DNA of 42,737 bases from assembly GCA_039802265.1 (NCBI GenBank), contig JBDRWI010000010.1, positions 1 through 42,737 on the forward strand, in the 5' to 3' direction. The notes under the pieces were generated by a model. That model was not told where the DNA came from. It did not search any database and saw nothing but the letters and a program-made list of their open reading frames with translations. The DNA is from a candidate division WOR-3 bacterium. Lineage in GTDB: Bacteria > Hydrothermota > Tepidihabitantia > SM23-42 > JAOAFX01. Below, in pieces: positions 9,134 to 18,631 of this stretch (the first letter of the stretch is position 1; each line of letters begins with the position of its first letter). The position numbers and the translations under genes were made by a program.

Positions 9134-10219
9134 GTGATTGAAGCAAGGGACTTTATTGAAAAGATTAAACCTTATAAGCCAGGCAAACCAATAGAAGAGG
9201 TTATTCGTGAATTGAATCTCAAGGGTGAGGTAATTAAACTTGCATCCAATGAGAACCCTTTAGGTACCTCTCCTCTGGCAATAAGGGCGATGCGTAAGGC
9301 ATTGAAGGAATCATTTTTATATCCGGATGATAATTGTTTCTATTTGAAGAATGTCCTTGCTAAAAGATTCAATGTGGATAGTGATGAGATAATCGTCGGC
9401 AATGGCTCGGTAGAGATTCTACCGCTTATTACCTTGGCCTATTTGAATCGCGAGGACAGCGCAGTGGTGAGTGAAGGCGCATTTATTTGGTTTAAGATTG
9501 CAGTGAGTATTGCCGGTGCCCAGTTGATTGAAGTACCTCTGAAGAACTATACCCATGATCTCCAGTCTATACTTGGCGCAATCAGGAAAAATACAAAACT
9601 GGTCTTCATTGCCAATCCGAATAATCCAACAGGAACGATTGTCAAAAAGAAAGAGGTTGAGGAATTTTTTGCAAGGGTTCCAGATAATGTGCTTGTGGTT
9701 ATGGACGAGGCATACCGTGAATATATTGATGACCCGGATTATCCCGACTCCTTCAAAATCTTTCGGGAGAGAGATAACATATTAATTTTACGCACATTTT
9801 CAAAGATTTATGGACTTGCCGGTGCCCGGTTGGGCTATGGTATTGCACGCAGACAGATTATCACCAATCTGATGAAATTAAGGATTTCATTCAATGTTAA
9901 CCGAATCTCCCAGGTCGCCGGGATTGCTGCCCTTGATGACGATGAATTTGTTAAAAAGACAATAAAGGTAAACAACGAAGGTAAGGAATTCCTTTACGAT
10001 GCCTATAAGAAACTTGGGGTCTTTTACCTCCCTACTTATGCTAACTTTATCTTTGTTGACTTTGGTAAAGACAGTCAGGCTATCTTTGAGGCATTGCAGA
10101 GGCAGGGCATAATTACCAGAACTATAAAAGAGTATGGTTTTCCTAATGCCCTAAGAATCACAATCGGCACCGAAAAGCAGAATCGTCGATTGATCAGGGC
10201 GCTCAAAAAAATACTATAA
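9134..10219 (+). CDS. hisC: histidinol-phosphate aminotransferase family
   Basis: KLASNENP, YPD, GNGS, NPNNPTG, DEAY, RTFSKIYGLAGARLG; SD GGAGG with GTG start. Confidence 0.9.
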   Translation: MIEARDFIEKIKPYKPGKPIEEVIRELNLKGEVIKLASNENPLGTSPLAIRAMRKALKESFLYPDDNCFYLKNVLAKRFNVDSDEIIVGNGSVEILPLITLAYLNREDSAVVSEGAFIWFKIAVSIAGAQLIEVPLKNYTHDLQSILGAIRKNTKLVFIANPNNPTGTIVKKKEVEEFFARVPDNVLVVMDEAYREYIDDPDYPDSFKIFRERDNILILRTFSKIYGLAGARLGYGIARRQIITNLMKLRISFNVNRISQVAGIAALDDDEFVKKTIKVNNEGKEFLYDAYKKLGVFYLPTYANFIFVDFGKDSQAIFEALQRQGIITRTIKEYGFPNALRITIGTEKQNRRLIRALKKIL

Positions 10220-10347
10220 AAATTGTTATGAGTGGTGGTTGAGATGCTGGATTTTTTTGGTCAAAAGGTAATTAGTAAAATGATTAAAAAATGGCATCAA
10301 GCATCTAAACCCATTAACTACAAACTATCTTTATACAAGGAGGCAAA

Positions 10348-11793
10348 ATGGTAATAAAATCTGCCGATGGTAGAGAATTTCCTGTAGAGATGTATAAAAC
10401 AAGGATGGTCCAAAAAATTTCCCTTCCACCGATTGGGCAAAGACTTTCGGCAATTAGAGAAGCGGGCTACAATACTTTTCAACTCAAGACAAAAGATATC
10501 TTTCTTGATATGCTTACTGATAGTGGTACAAATGCAATGAGTGATAAGCAATTCGCAGGTTTTATAACAACCGACGATGCCTATGCGGGTAGTATGACTT
10601 TCTATGATTTTAAAGATGCGGTGAAGGAGGTGCTCGGCTATGATTATGTAATGAATGTCCATCAAGGAAGGGCAGCAGAACACCTCCTGGCAAAGACATT
10701 TATCAAAGAAGGAATGGTTGTGCCAACAAACTATCATTTTACCACAACAAAGGTGCATATTGAACTACCCGGAGCAAAGATATTAGAAATATTCATTGAT
10801 GAGGCGTTGAAGACCGATAGCACACATCCATTCAAGGGATGTATGGACCCACAAAAATTGAAAGATGTCATCAAGAAATACGGAAGGGAGAAAATAGCCT
10901 ATGTAAGAATGGAGGCTACCGCCAACCTTCTTGGTGGTCAACCTTTTTCAATGGCAAATCTGAAGGAAATCGTGAAGATTTCAAAGGATGCCGGGCTGAT
11001 AACAGTTTTAGATGGGAGTTTAATCTGCGAAAATGCATATTTAATAATGCAACGCGAAGAAGGATATCAAAATAAAACTGTTGCCGAAATCGTAAAAGAG
11101 ATGTGCAGTCTTGTTGATATCTTTTATATGAGCGGTAGAAAGAATACCTGCGTGCGCGGTGGTTGCATTGCTACCAACAACAAAGAATTGTTTGATAAAA
11201 TCACACCTTGGTTACCGGTATATGAAGGATTCTTCACCTATGGGGGTATGTCACAGAGAGAAGTCGGTATGATGGCAGTGGGAATGAGAGAAATGACAGA
11301 CCCGAGTGTTGCTGGATGTTCAATTGAGCAGGTAAAATATTTTGCTAATAGACTCTTAGAAACAGGAATTCCAGTGGTTACACCACCGGGTGGACTCGCC
11401 TGCCATCTGGATGCCAAACGCTTTATTCCCCATGTTCCCAAGGAAGGATATATCGCAGCAGCACTCACTGCAGCCTTTTATATTGCGTCAGGTGTCCGGG
11501 CAATGGAACGAGGTACTATCTCAATGGAAAGGAATCCTGATGGCTCAGAGGCGTATGCAGACCTTGAACTCACCAGAATTGCGATTCCACGAAGGGTTTA
11601 TACTGTATCCCATATTGAGTATGCAGTTGATAGAATAAATTGGCTCTATAAACACAGAGATTTGATAGGAGGAATGGAATGGGTTTCTGAACCTCCTGTC
11701 CTGAGATTCTTCCTCGGGAAGTTGAAAACCTTAAATAACTGGGAAGAGAAATTGGCTGCGGCTTTTATAAAAGATTTCGGTGATAAGATGTAA
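10348..11793 (+). CDS. tpl: tyrosine phenol-lyase (beta-eliminating lyase; tryptophanase family)
   Basis: DMLTDSGTNAMS, DAYAG, HQGRAAE, MSGRK (PLP lysine), MERG. It has the TPL-type residues FTTT and LRFF rather than tryptophanase FDTT and RHF. Confidence 0.78.
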   Translation: MVIKSADGREFPVEMYKTRMVQKISLPPIGQRLSAIREAGYNTFQLKTKDIFLDMLTDSGTNAMSDKQFAGFITTDDAYAGSMTFYDFKDAVKEVLGYDYVMNVHQGRAAEHLLAKTFIKEGMVVPTNYHFTTTKVHIELPGAKILEIFIDEALKTDSTHPFKGCMDPQKLKDVIKKYGREKIAYVRMEATANLLGGQPFSMANLKEIVKISKDAGLITVLDGSLICENAYLIMQREEGYQNKTVAEIVKEMCSLVDIFYMSGRKNTCVRGGCIATNNKELFDKITPWLPVYEGFFTYGGMSQREVGMMAVGMREMTDPSVAGCSIEQVKYFANRLLETGIPVVTPPGGLACHLDAKRFIPHVPKEGYIAAALTAAFYIASGVRAMERGTISMERNPDGSEAYADLELTRIAIPRRVYTVSHIEYAVDRINWLYKHRDLIGGMEWVSEPPVLRFFLGKLKTLNNWEEKLAAAFIKDFGDKM

Positions 11794-11853
11794 TTACTGG
11801 TTCCAAATTAAGCTCCAAATAGTGTAAAAGTAGAAATCATTAGGATAAATATT

Positions 11854-12750
11854 ATGATAAGAAACTTTGGAGAACTGTTGGAATTTGCCAAAAAGAAAGG
11901 CAAAAGAGTCTGTGTTGTGGTGAAGGCAGAAGATGAAGCAGTTCTTGAAGGGATTAATCTCGCAATGAACCAGGATTTGCTTGCGGGTGTATATCTATTA
12001 GGTTCAAAGGAAGCAATTACTGAGCTGGGTAAAAAGGTAGGTCTAAATTTGAATAGTACCGAAATAATAGATATAATTGATGAACAGGAATGTCTTAAAA
12101 CTGCCTTATCAATCGTAAAAGATAAAGGTGATTTTTTGATGAAAGGAATGATACCGACGAGTACATTCTTGAAAGGAGTTCTGGATAAGGAATACGGGTT
12201 AAGAGCTGGGAAAATTCTAAGCCACATAGCAGTTCTTGAGATCCCGGGCTATCACAAATTATTATTTATGTCGGATGGCGGAATGAATCCGAAATTGGAG
12301 CTAAATACGAGGATTGATATTATAAATAATGCAATAATGCTGATGAATAGGTTGGGTATTAAAGACCCCAAGATTGCGCTTGTTGCAGCAAGTGAATCAG
12401 TCCATCCTGATATGCCGGAGACAGTTGATGCGACAAAGATTGTTGAAATGAATAAAAATGGTGAATTTCCCAATGCAATTATTGAAGGTCCATTTGGTTT
12501 TGATGTAGCAATTTCAAAAGAAGCAGCCGGGCATAAAAAGATAAAAAGTGAAATCTCAGGTGAGGTTGATTTTATCTTGATGCCGAATATTTCAGCCGGT
12601 AATATCTGGGCAAAGGGTTTAATCTATTTTGCCCGGGCAAAGGCAGCGGGAATTGTAATGGGTGCAGCAAAACCGGTGGTGATGCTCTCACGGGCTGATG
12701 ATGCAGAGACCAAATTGAATTCAATCGCCCTGGGAGTGGCGGTCGCGTAA
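11854..12750 (+). CDS. ptb: phosphate butyryltransferase (PTA/PTB family)
   Basis: LMKG...T..FLKGVL, SDGGMN, EGP..FDVAIS, PNISAGN..AK, SRADDAETKLNSIAL. Confidence 0.85.
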   Translation: MIRNFGELLEFAKKKGKRVCVVVKAEDEAVLEGINLAMNQDLLAGVYLLGSKEAITELGKKVGLNLNSTEIIDIIDEQECLKTALSIVKDKGDFLMKGMIPTSTFLKGVLDKEYGLRAGKILSHIAVLEIPGYHKLLFMSDGGMNPKLELNTRIDIINNAIMLMNRLGIKDPKIALVAASESVHPDMPETVDATKIVEMNKNGEFPNAIIEGPFGFDVAISKEAAGHKKIKSEISGEVDFILMPNISAGNIWAKGLIYFARAKAAGIVMGAAKPVVMLSRADDAETKLNSIALGVAVA

Positions 12751-13152
12751 TTTTCCTGTAGACTTCATAACCACTCAATCTAAGGGGTTCTCAATTGAGA
12801 GCGCCGCTATCTATTATCTGATTACCTTTTACCCTATAAGAACTATTCTCAAAACTGAATTCAAACTGAGAAAGGTTAAAGGATAGGGTGTATAAACCCT
12901 GAGCAAAGAGAATGCTAAATAGTCCGATAGATAGATGGTGCGTTACAACTCACTTCCTATAGGCAATTTTACCCTCATTTTTGCTTCTATCTCTTTAAGT
13001 GCCGGATCAAACAATTAAATTGTGCGATGAATCAAACTGCTACAAATGATTTTTTGTTTCTGTTCTTTCCATCACCCCATTTCCCGAATTACTTATGTGT
13101 AATCATTTTTTGTAAATTATCAAACGGCAAACTAATACTGCTGCTGTGGGAC

Positions 13153-13181
13153 TTGACAATCAAATTGCATCTGGATAGGAT
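13153..13181 (+). promoter_or_regulatory. sigma70-type promoter of mfd (predicts a leaderless mRNA)
   Basis: TTGACA, 17-bp spacer, TAGGAT; the ATG begins 7 nt after the -10 box. Confidence 0.6.
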
Positions 13182-13187
13182 ATTTTT

Positions 13188-16022
13188 ATGAGCGAATTTC
13201 AGTTCTTCCCGCTGATTGATAGAATTATTGAGGCGTTAAAATCAAAAAATTCAATTTCTATTTTTGGATTTTATGGTTCGGCGTTTTCACTATTTATCTG
13301 GGAGTTGTCAAGACGAATTACACCGATATTTTACATTACAAACAAAAAAAATATTGAACGATACGGCGATGAGATTACCGAATTAGAATGTTCTACAAAT
13401 ATTATAAACGAGAATAACCCATTCTTTGAATCGGCAAAAGTTATACTCATCGATGAGGATTTCCTGGAAAGAAAAATTGGTGTTAAAGAAAATGTGGAAC
13501 TTATTAAGGGCGAGACAATTGACCTCCAGGAATTATTGTTGCGGCTCGCAGCGAGTGGACTTGATAGAGAAGAAATTGTTGAGGAAGAAGGTGAGTATGC
13601 AATAAGGGGAGGGGTGATTGACGTCTACCCCAAAGGCGCTGAACCAGTCCGCATTGAACTTGATGGTGATTTAGTCTATTCCATCAGGAAGTTCGATCCA
13701 CAGACCCAGCGTTCAATTGAGGTAATTAACAGATACACAGTGAGTCTGGCTGTACCAGATTCGTTCTGGACCGTTAAATCTATCCCGCCGAACTCAGGAT
13801 TAATAATTGCGGAAAAAAAACTGAACCTGAATCTACCGGAGATTATCATCAGTCCAGAGGCGGATTTTTGTTTTCGCTTATCCTTGCCGAGGAAATATTT
13901 CGGTGACCTTGGTGCATTGAAACACGACATTAATCACAGCAGTTATAACTACAAATTTCTTCTTAAATCTATCATTGCGGAAAGGCTGAACAAGGTCATC
14001 GGATTTATTGAGACATTTTATCTCCCTTTAAAAGAAGGCTTTGTCGATGAGAAAAGAAAAATCATTTTTCTTACGGAGAGTGAAATATTTGGTACACTGC
14101 CCCAAAAGAAGGTAGGCTACAAGGGATTATTCATTGACGATCTTAAGGGATTGAAGATAGATGATTATGTTGTCCACAGCGATTATGGAATCGGACAATT
14201 TAAGGGGCTTACACTCCTTGAAATTGATGGGAAAAAAGTAGAGTGTCTGCGCATCGACTATGCAGAAGGGGATAAGGTTTACCTGCCGGTAAACAAGATT
14301 AATCGGCTTGAAAGATATATCGGTGCTACCGAACACAAACCCAGGCTTTCAAGATTGGGCAGTGATTTCTGGCTGCGGACAAAAAACAGGGTAAAAAAGG
14401 CAGCTGAGCGTATCGCCATTGAACTTTTAAATATTTATGCGGTGCGCAAAAATACTCCAGGTTTTGCATTCTCATCCGATTCAATGGAGATGGCAGAGCT
14501 TGAGGCATCATTTCCCTATGAAGAAACAGAAGATCAATTAAAGGCAATTGAGGATGTGAAGCGGGATATGGAATCTCCATTTCCTCAAGACCGACTGATC
14601 TGTGGGGATGTTGGATTCGGCAAGACCGAGATCGCCCTGCGTGCCGCATTCAAGGCAGCACTTGATGGAAAACAGACAATTTTCCTCTGTCCAACCACAC
14701 TTCTGGCATTCCAGCACTATCGGACATTCAAAAAGAGACTGGAAAATTTTCCCGTAAGGGTTGAGATGGTTTCAAGATTCAAATCTGTTTCAGAACTAAA
14801 AGAGATTATCAAAGAATTCAATGAAGGTAAAGTTGATATTGTCATTGGGACCCACCGTTTACTACAGTTCGATGTCGTGCCCAGGGATCTGGGTCTACTG
14901 ATCGTTGATGAAGAGCAGCGATTTGGTGTGATTCAGAAAGAGCGGATTAAGAGATTAAAACCCAACATTGATGTTCTATATCTTTCTGCAACACCAATTC
15001 CCCGGACATTATATATGGCACTGACCGGAATAAAAGATATCTCGAATATCTACACACCACCGGCGGGGCGTAAAGAGATTATTACAAAGATCATCTATTT
15101 CGATGAGGAAGAGATTAAGAGAGCCATTGAGTATGAAATAGCAAGGAATGGCCAGGTGTTTTTCGTCCACAATTCTATACAGACCATTGGGAAAGTGAGG
15201 GAACGGCTTTTGAACATCCTCCCCGATTTAAAGATTTGTGTCATACATGGCAGGATGAATGAAAGAGTGAGCGAAGAGAGGATACTGGAATTTATTGAAG
15301 GGAGATATGATTTATTGCTGGCAACGGCGATTGTTGAATCAGGCCTTGATATGCCCAGGGTAAACACCATAATCGTCGATCAGGCACATCGCTTTGGGCT
15401 AAGTGATTTACATCAATTGAGGGGGCGGGTGGGCAGGTCGGATGTTCAAGCCTATGCGTATTTTATCGTCCCCCGTCAGAGATTAACACCTGAGGCAGAG
15501 AAGAGACTGGCCGCCTTGACTTCTTATACCTCACTGGGCTCTGGCTTCAGGCTTGCCTTAAGGGATATGGAGATTCGTGGTATTGGAAATCTTTTGGGAA
15601 AGGAGCAGTCAGGTTTTGTAAATGCCATTGGTTATCATCATTATGTGAAGATATTAAATCGCGCAGTCAGTGAGATAAAGGGAAGGGAGATAGTTGAGGA
15701 GCCAATAATTTCAATTAACCTGGATGCATACTTCCCTTCTGAATATATCCAGAGTTCCTATGAAAGAACAGCACTGTATAAAAGACTATTGGAAGTTGAT
15801 TCAGAATTTGAATTGCAGAAGTTGAAAGAAGAGATAGTTGACCGTTTTGGTCAATATCCAGAGCCGGTGGAAGGATTGTTCTTGCTTGCAAGATTGAGGC
15901 TTGAGGCAATTACCATTGGGGCGACTGAAATCAAACAGAAGGGAAATGAGATATTATTCTACCATAAGGGAGAGGTTGTTAAAACAATAATAATGTCAGG
16001 AAATACGATAATTGACAGATGA
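13188..16022 (+). CDS. mfd: transcription-repair coupling factor
   Basis: RGGVIDVYP, Car[62 protein letters not shown]-terminus. Confidence 0.95.
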   Translation: MSEFQFFPLIDRIIEALKSKNSISIFGFYGSAFSLFIWELSRRITPIFYITNKKNIERYGDEITELECSTNIINENNPFFESAKVILIDEDFLERKIGVKENVELIKGETIDLQELLLRLAASGLDREEIVEEEGEYAIRGGVIDVYPKGAEPVRIELDGDLVYSIRKFDPQTQRSIEVINRYTVSLAVPDSFWTVKSIPPNSGLIIAEKKLNLNLPEIIISPEADFCFRLSLPRKYFGDLGALKHDINHSSYNYKFLLKSIIAERLNKVIGFIETFYLPLKEGFVDEKRKIIFLTESEIFGTLPQKKVGYKGLFIDDLKGLKIDDYVVHSDYGIGQFKGLTLLEIDGKKVECLRIDYAEGDKVYLPVNKINRLERYIGATEHKPRLSRLGSDFWLRTKNRVKKAAERIAIELLNIYAVRKNTPGFAFSSDSMEMAELEASFPYEETEDQLKAIEDVKRDMESPFPQDRLICGDVGFGKTEIALRAAFKAALDGKQTIFLCPTTLLAFQHYRTFKKRLENFPVRVEMVSRFKSVSELKEIIKEFNEGKVDIVIGTHRLLQFDVVPRDLGLLIVDEEQRFGVIQKERIKRLKPNIDVLYLSATPIPRTLYMALTGIKDISNIYTPPAGRKEIITKIIYFDEEEIKRAIEYEIARNGQVFFVHNSIQTIGKVRERLLNILPDLKICVIHGRMNERVSEERILEFIEGRYDLLLATAIVESGLDMPRVNTIIVDQAHRFGLSDLHQLRGRVGRSDVQAYAYFIVPRQRLTPEAEKRLAALTSYTSLGSGFRLALRDMEIRGIGNLLGKEQSGFVNAIGYHHYVKILNRAVSEIKGREIVEEPIISINLDAYFPSEYIQSSYERTALYKRLLEVDSEFELQKLKEEIVDRFGQYPEPVEGLFLLARLRLEAITIGATEIKQKGNEILFYHKGEVVKTIIMSGNTIIDR

Positions 16023-16041
16023 CTTTTTCTGAATATAATAA
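16012..16041 (+). promoter_or_regulatory. sigma70-type promoter upstream of tRNA-Leu
   Basis: TTGACA (16012-16017) and TATAAT (16036-16041), 18-bp spacer. Confidence 0.65.
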
Positions 16042-16141
16042 TTTTAGTCATTAGGAAATTCTAAAGATGGTCTGAAAGTTTGGATCGGGAAACGGTTGGG
16101 TTTTTGCACTTACCCAGACAATAGCGAAGTCTATTTTCTCC

Positions 16142-16227
16142 GCCGGGATGATGGAATTGGTAGACGTAGCGGACTTAAAATCCGCTTCCCCGAAAGGGGA
16201 GTGCCGGTTCAAGTCCGGCTCCCGGCA
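16142..16227 (+). tRNA. tRNA-Leu(TAA), CCA end not encoded
   Basis: Acceptor stem GCCGGGA/TCCCGGC, D-loop TTGGTAGAC, anticodon arm GCGGA-CTTAAAA-TCCGC, long variable arm TCCCC-GAAA-GGGGA, T-loop GGTTCAAGTCC. Confidence 0.97.
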
Positions 16228-16233
16228 TAAAGA

Positions 16234-16261
16234 TTGACAAAAGAACAAAAGTGGATATAAT
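16234..16261 (+). promoter_or_regulatory. sigma70-type promoter of rpsO-pnp
   Basis: TTGACA, 16-bp spacer, TATAAT. Confidence 0.75.
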
Positions 16262-16287
16262 TAAATTGTTTGAAAAGGAGAAAAAAA

Positions 16288-16557
16288 ATGGCTTTGACAA
16301 AAGAGAAAAAATGGGAGCTAATAAATACCTATAAGCGGCATGCGAAGGACACGGGTTCTCCAGAGGTTCAGATTGCCATACTTACGGAGCGAATAAAGAA
16401 TCTGACCGAGCATCTAAAGATGTTCCCAAAAGATAAACATTCCCGTCAGGGCTTGATTAAGATGGTCAATGACCGCAGGCGCCATCTTAATTACCTGATA
16501 AGAAAGGATAAGGCGAAATATCTGAAGATAATTGAAGAATTGGGTTTAAGAAGGTAA
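16288..16557 (+). CDS. rpsO: 30S ribosomal protein S15
   Basis: [21 protein letters not shown]...[10 protein letters not shown]; start moved to ATG 16288, downstream of the AGGAG SD (89 aa). Confidence 0.98.
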   Translation: MALTKEKKWELINTYKRHAKDTGSPEVQIAILTERIKNLTEHLKMFPKDKHSRQGLIKMVNDRRRHLNYLIRKDKAKYLKIIEELGLRR

Positions 16558-16558
16558 T

Positions 16559-18625
16559 TTGTATTCTGTAGAATTAAAGGTCGGTGAAAAGGTTCTCCGT
16601 TTAGAGACCGGTCGTCTGGCGAAACAGTCGGCGGGTGAAGTGCTGGTTTCATACGGAGATACAGTCGTTTTGGTCTGTGTAAATTTTCAGTCTGAACCGG
16701 ATGAGAATACAGACTTTTTACCCCTGACCGTAGAATACCGGGAACTCTCGTTTGCTGCGGGAAAGATTCCGGGCGGTTTTATAAAACGTGAGACGAGGCC
16801 ATCGGATAACGAGATACTCTCATCAAGACTCATTGACCGTCCATTAAGACCATTATTCCCCAAAAACTTCAGAAATGAGGTACAAATTATCGCCTATCTT
16901 TTATCTTCAGATGTAGAACATGAGGGTGATACACTCGGTATCATCGGTGCCGCAACCGCCCTGCTGCTTTCCGAAATTCCATTCACCATTCCGGTTGCCG
17001 CGGTGAAGATCGGCCTTTCCGGTAAGGATTACATTGTAAATCCCAGTTTGGAACAACAGGAAAATTGTAGACTGAATCTGGTGGTTGCCGGGACAAAGGA
17101 CTCGGTTGTAATGATTGAAGGAGGAGCTGGTGAGGCAAGCGAAGAGGAGGTAATTGAGGCAATAAGATTTGCCCAGACCGAAATTGTAAGGATCACCGAA
17201 ATTGAAGAAAAAATGCGGGAGGCGGTGGGTAAGGAGAAACTGGATATTAACACGCCATTTGTTGATGAGAAACTCGCCTTGGAGATAAGATCGGCATTGG
17301 GTGAGGAGATAAATCAGGTTTTCATTTTTAAGGAAAAGAAGGCGCGGGAGGAAGCAGTCTATCAATTGATTAAGAACCTTGCTGAGAAATTCGCCGATAA
17401 GAAAGATGAAAATATTGATACTAAGATAAGATATGTAGTAGATGAAATCCTGCGTGAACGGATGCGTCAGATGATAATAAATGAGAAAAAAAGGCTGGAT
17501 GGTAGGGGTTTGAAGGATATCAGGCAGATTACCTGTGAAATCGGAATTCTGCCCAGGACACATGGTTCAGCGCTATTCACCCGGGGACAGACCCAGAGCC
17601 TTGCCGTTACCACCCTGGGAACGAAGAGCGATGAACAAATTGTGGATGCTATTTATGGAGAAGGGACGAAGTCATTCATGCTCCATTACAATTTTCCACC
17701 ATTTTCCACCGGCGAGGTAAGACCGCTCCGGGGCCCGAGCCGGCGAGAGATTGGACACGGTGCCCTGGCTGAACGCTCCATCATTCCTGTATTACCGAAG
17801 GAAGAAGAATTTCCCTACACCATCAGGGTGGTCTCAAACATCCTTGAATCTAATGGTTCTTCTTCAATGGCCAGTGTCTGTAGTTCATCGCTTTCTTTAA
17901 TGGATGCGGGAGTACCGATCAGAACTGCGGTCGCCGGTATATCAATCGGTCTGGTGAAGGAAGGAGAAAAGTATGAATTGTTGACTGATATTATAGGAGA
18001 TGAAGACCATTATGGTGATATGGATTTCAAGGTTGCGGGGACTTCAAAGGGAATTACTGCTTTGCAACTTGACTTAAAGATTCAGGGTGTGGATCTGAAA
18101 ATTTTAAAGGAGGCCCTGGAGCAGGCGCGCGAGGCCCGTGAGGCAATTTTGAAGATAATGAGTAGCACAATCAGTTCACCACGGAGTGAACTTTCAAAAT
18201 ATGCCCCCAAGATTATTGCCTTTTTTATCCCCAAAGAGAAGATCGGTGAAGTGATCGGTCCCGGCGGGAAGGTAATAAGAAGAATCATCGGCGATTCTGA
18301 TATAAAGATTGATATCGATGATGATGGGAAGGTTACGATTGCTGGAACTGATACAAAACTCGTTGAAAAGGCACAGAATGAAATTCTTGCTATTGTTCAG
18401 GAAGTTGAGGTGGGAAAGACCTACATTGGAAAGGTTACGCGGATAACAAACTTTGGTGCATTTGTGGAGATACTTCCTGGGAAAGAAGGATTGATTCACA
18501 TATCAAAACTATCCCGACAGAGAATAAAAAGGGTGGAGGATGTAGTAAAGATTGGTGATGAGGTAGTAGTAAAAGTTTATGAGATTGACGACCAGGGAAG
18601 AATTAATTTGATCCGGCTTGGATAG
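16559..18625 (+). CDS. pnp: polyribonucleotide nucleotidyltransferase (PNPase)
   Basis: RLIDRPLRP, RREIGHG, ESNGSSSMAS, GDMDFKVAG, KH and S1 domains; follows rpsO. Confidence 0.98.
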   Translation: MYSVELKVGEKVLRLETGRLAKQSAGEVLVSYGDTVVLVCVNFQSEPDENTDFLPLTVEYRELSFAAGKIPGGFIKRETRPSDNEILSSRLIDRPLRPLFPKNFRNEVQIIAYLLSSDVEHEGDTLGIIGAATALLLSEIPFTIPVAAVKIGLSGKDYIVNPSLEQQENCRLNLVVAGTKDSVVMIEGGAGEASEEEVIEAIRFAQTEIVRITEIEEKMREAVGKEKLDINTPFVDEKLALEIRSALGEEINQVFIFKEKKAREEAVYQLIKNLAEKFADKKDENIDTKIRYVVDEILRERMRQMIINEKKRLDGRGLKDIRQITCEIGILPRTHGSALFTRGQTQSLAVTTLGTKSDEQIVDAIYGEGTKSFMLHYNFPPFSTGEVRPLRGPSRREIGHGALAERSIIPVLPKEEEFPYTIRVVSNILESNGSSSMASVCSSSLSLMDAGVPIRTAVAGISIGLVKEGEKYELLTDIIGDEDHYGDMDFKVAGTSKGITALQLDLKIQGVDLKILKEALEQAREAREAILKIMSSTISSPRSELSKYAPKIIAFFIPKEKIGEVIGPGGKVIRRIIGDSDIKIDIDDDGKVTIAGTDTKLVEKAQNEILAIVQEVEVGKTYIGKVTRITNFGAFVEILPGKEGLIHISKLSRQRIKRVEDVVKIGDEVVVKVYEIDDQGRINLIRLG

Positions 18626-18631
18626 TTATCT

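Noticed and set aside
12755..12950. Lysine riboswitch or integron attC reading of the ptb-mfd structure
   Set aside because: It lacks the AGAGGUGC, GCCGAA and ACUGUC elements in order. There is no complementary RYYYAAC/GTTRRRY pair and no integrase.
16051..16248. 65-aa minus-strand ORF
   Set aside because: It is the antisense of tRNA-Leu.
16142..16260. tRNA as an integration site for an island
   Set aside because: No integrase and no duplicated tRNA 3' end were seen; the rpsO promoter follows immediately.
16907..17563. 218-aa antisense ORF within pnp, and other short nested ORFs in the track
   Set aside because: They lie entirely opposite or inside well-supported genes and have no recognisable motifs.
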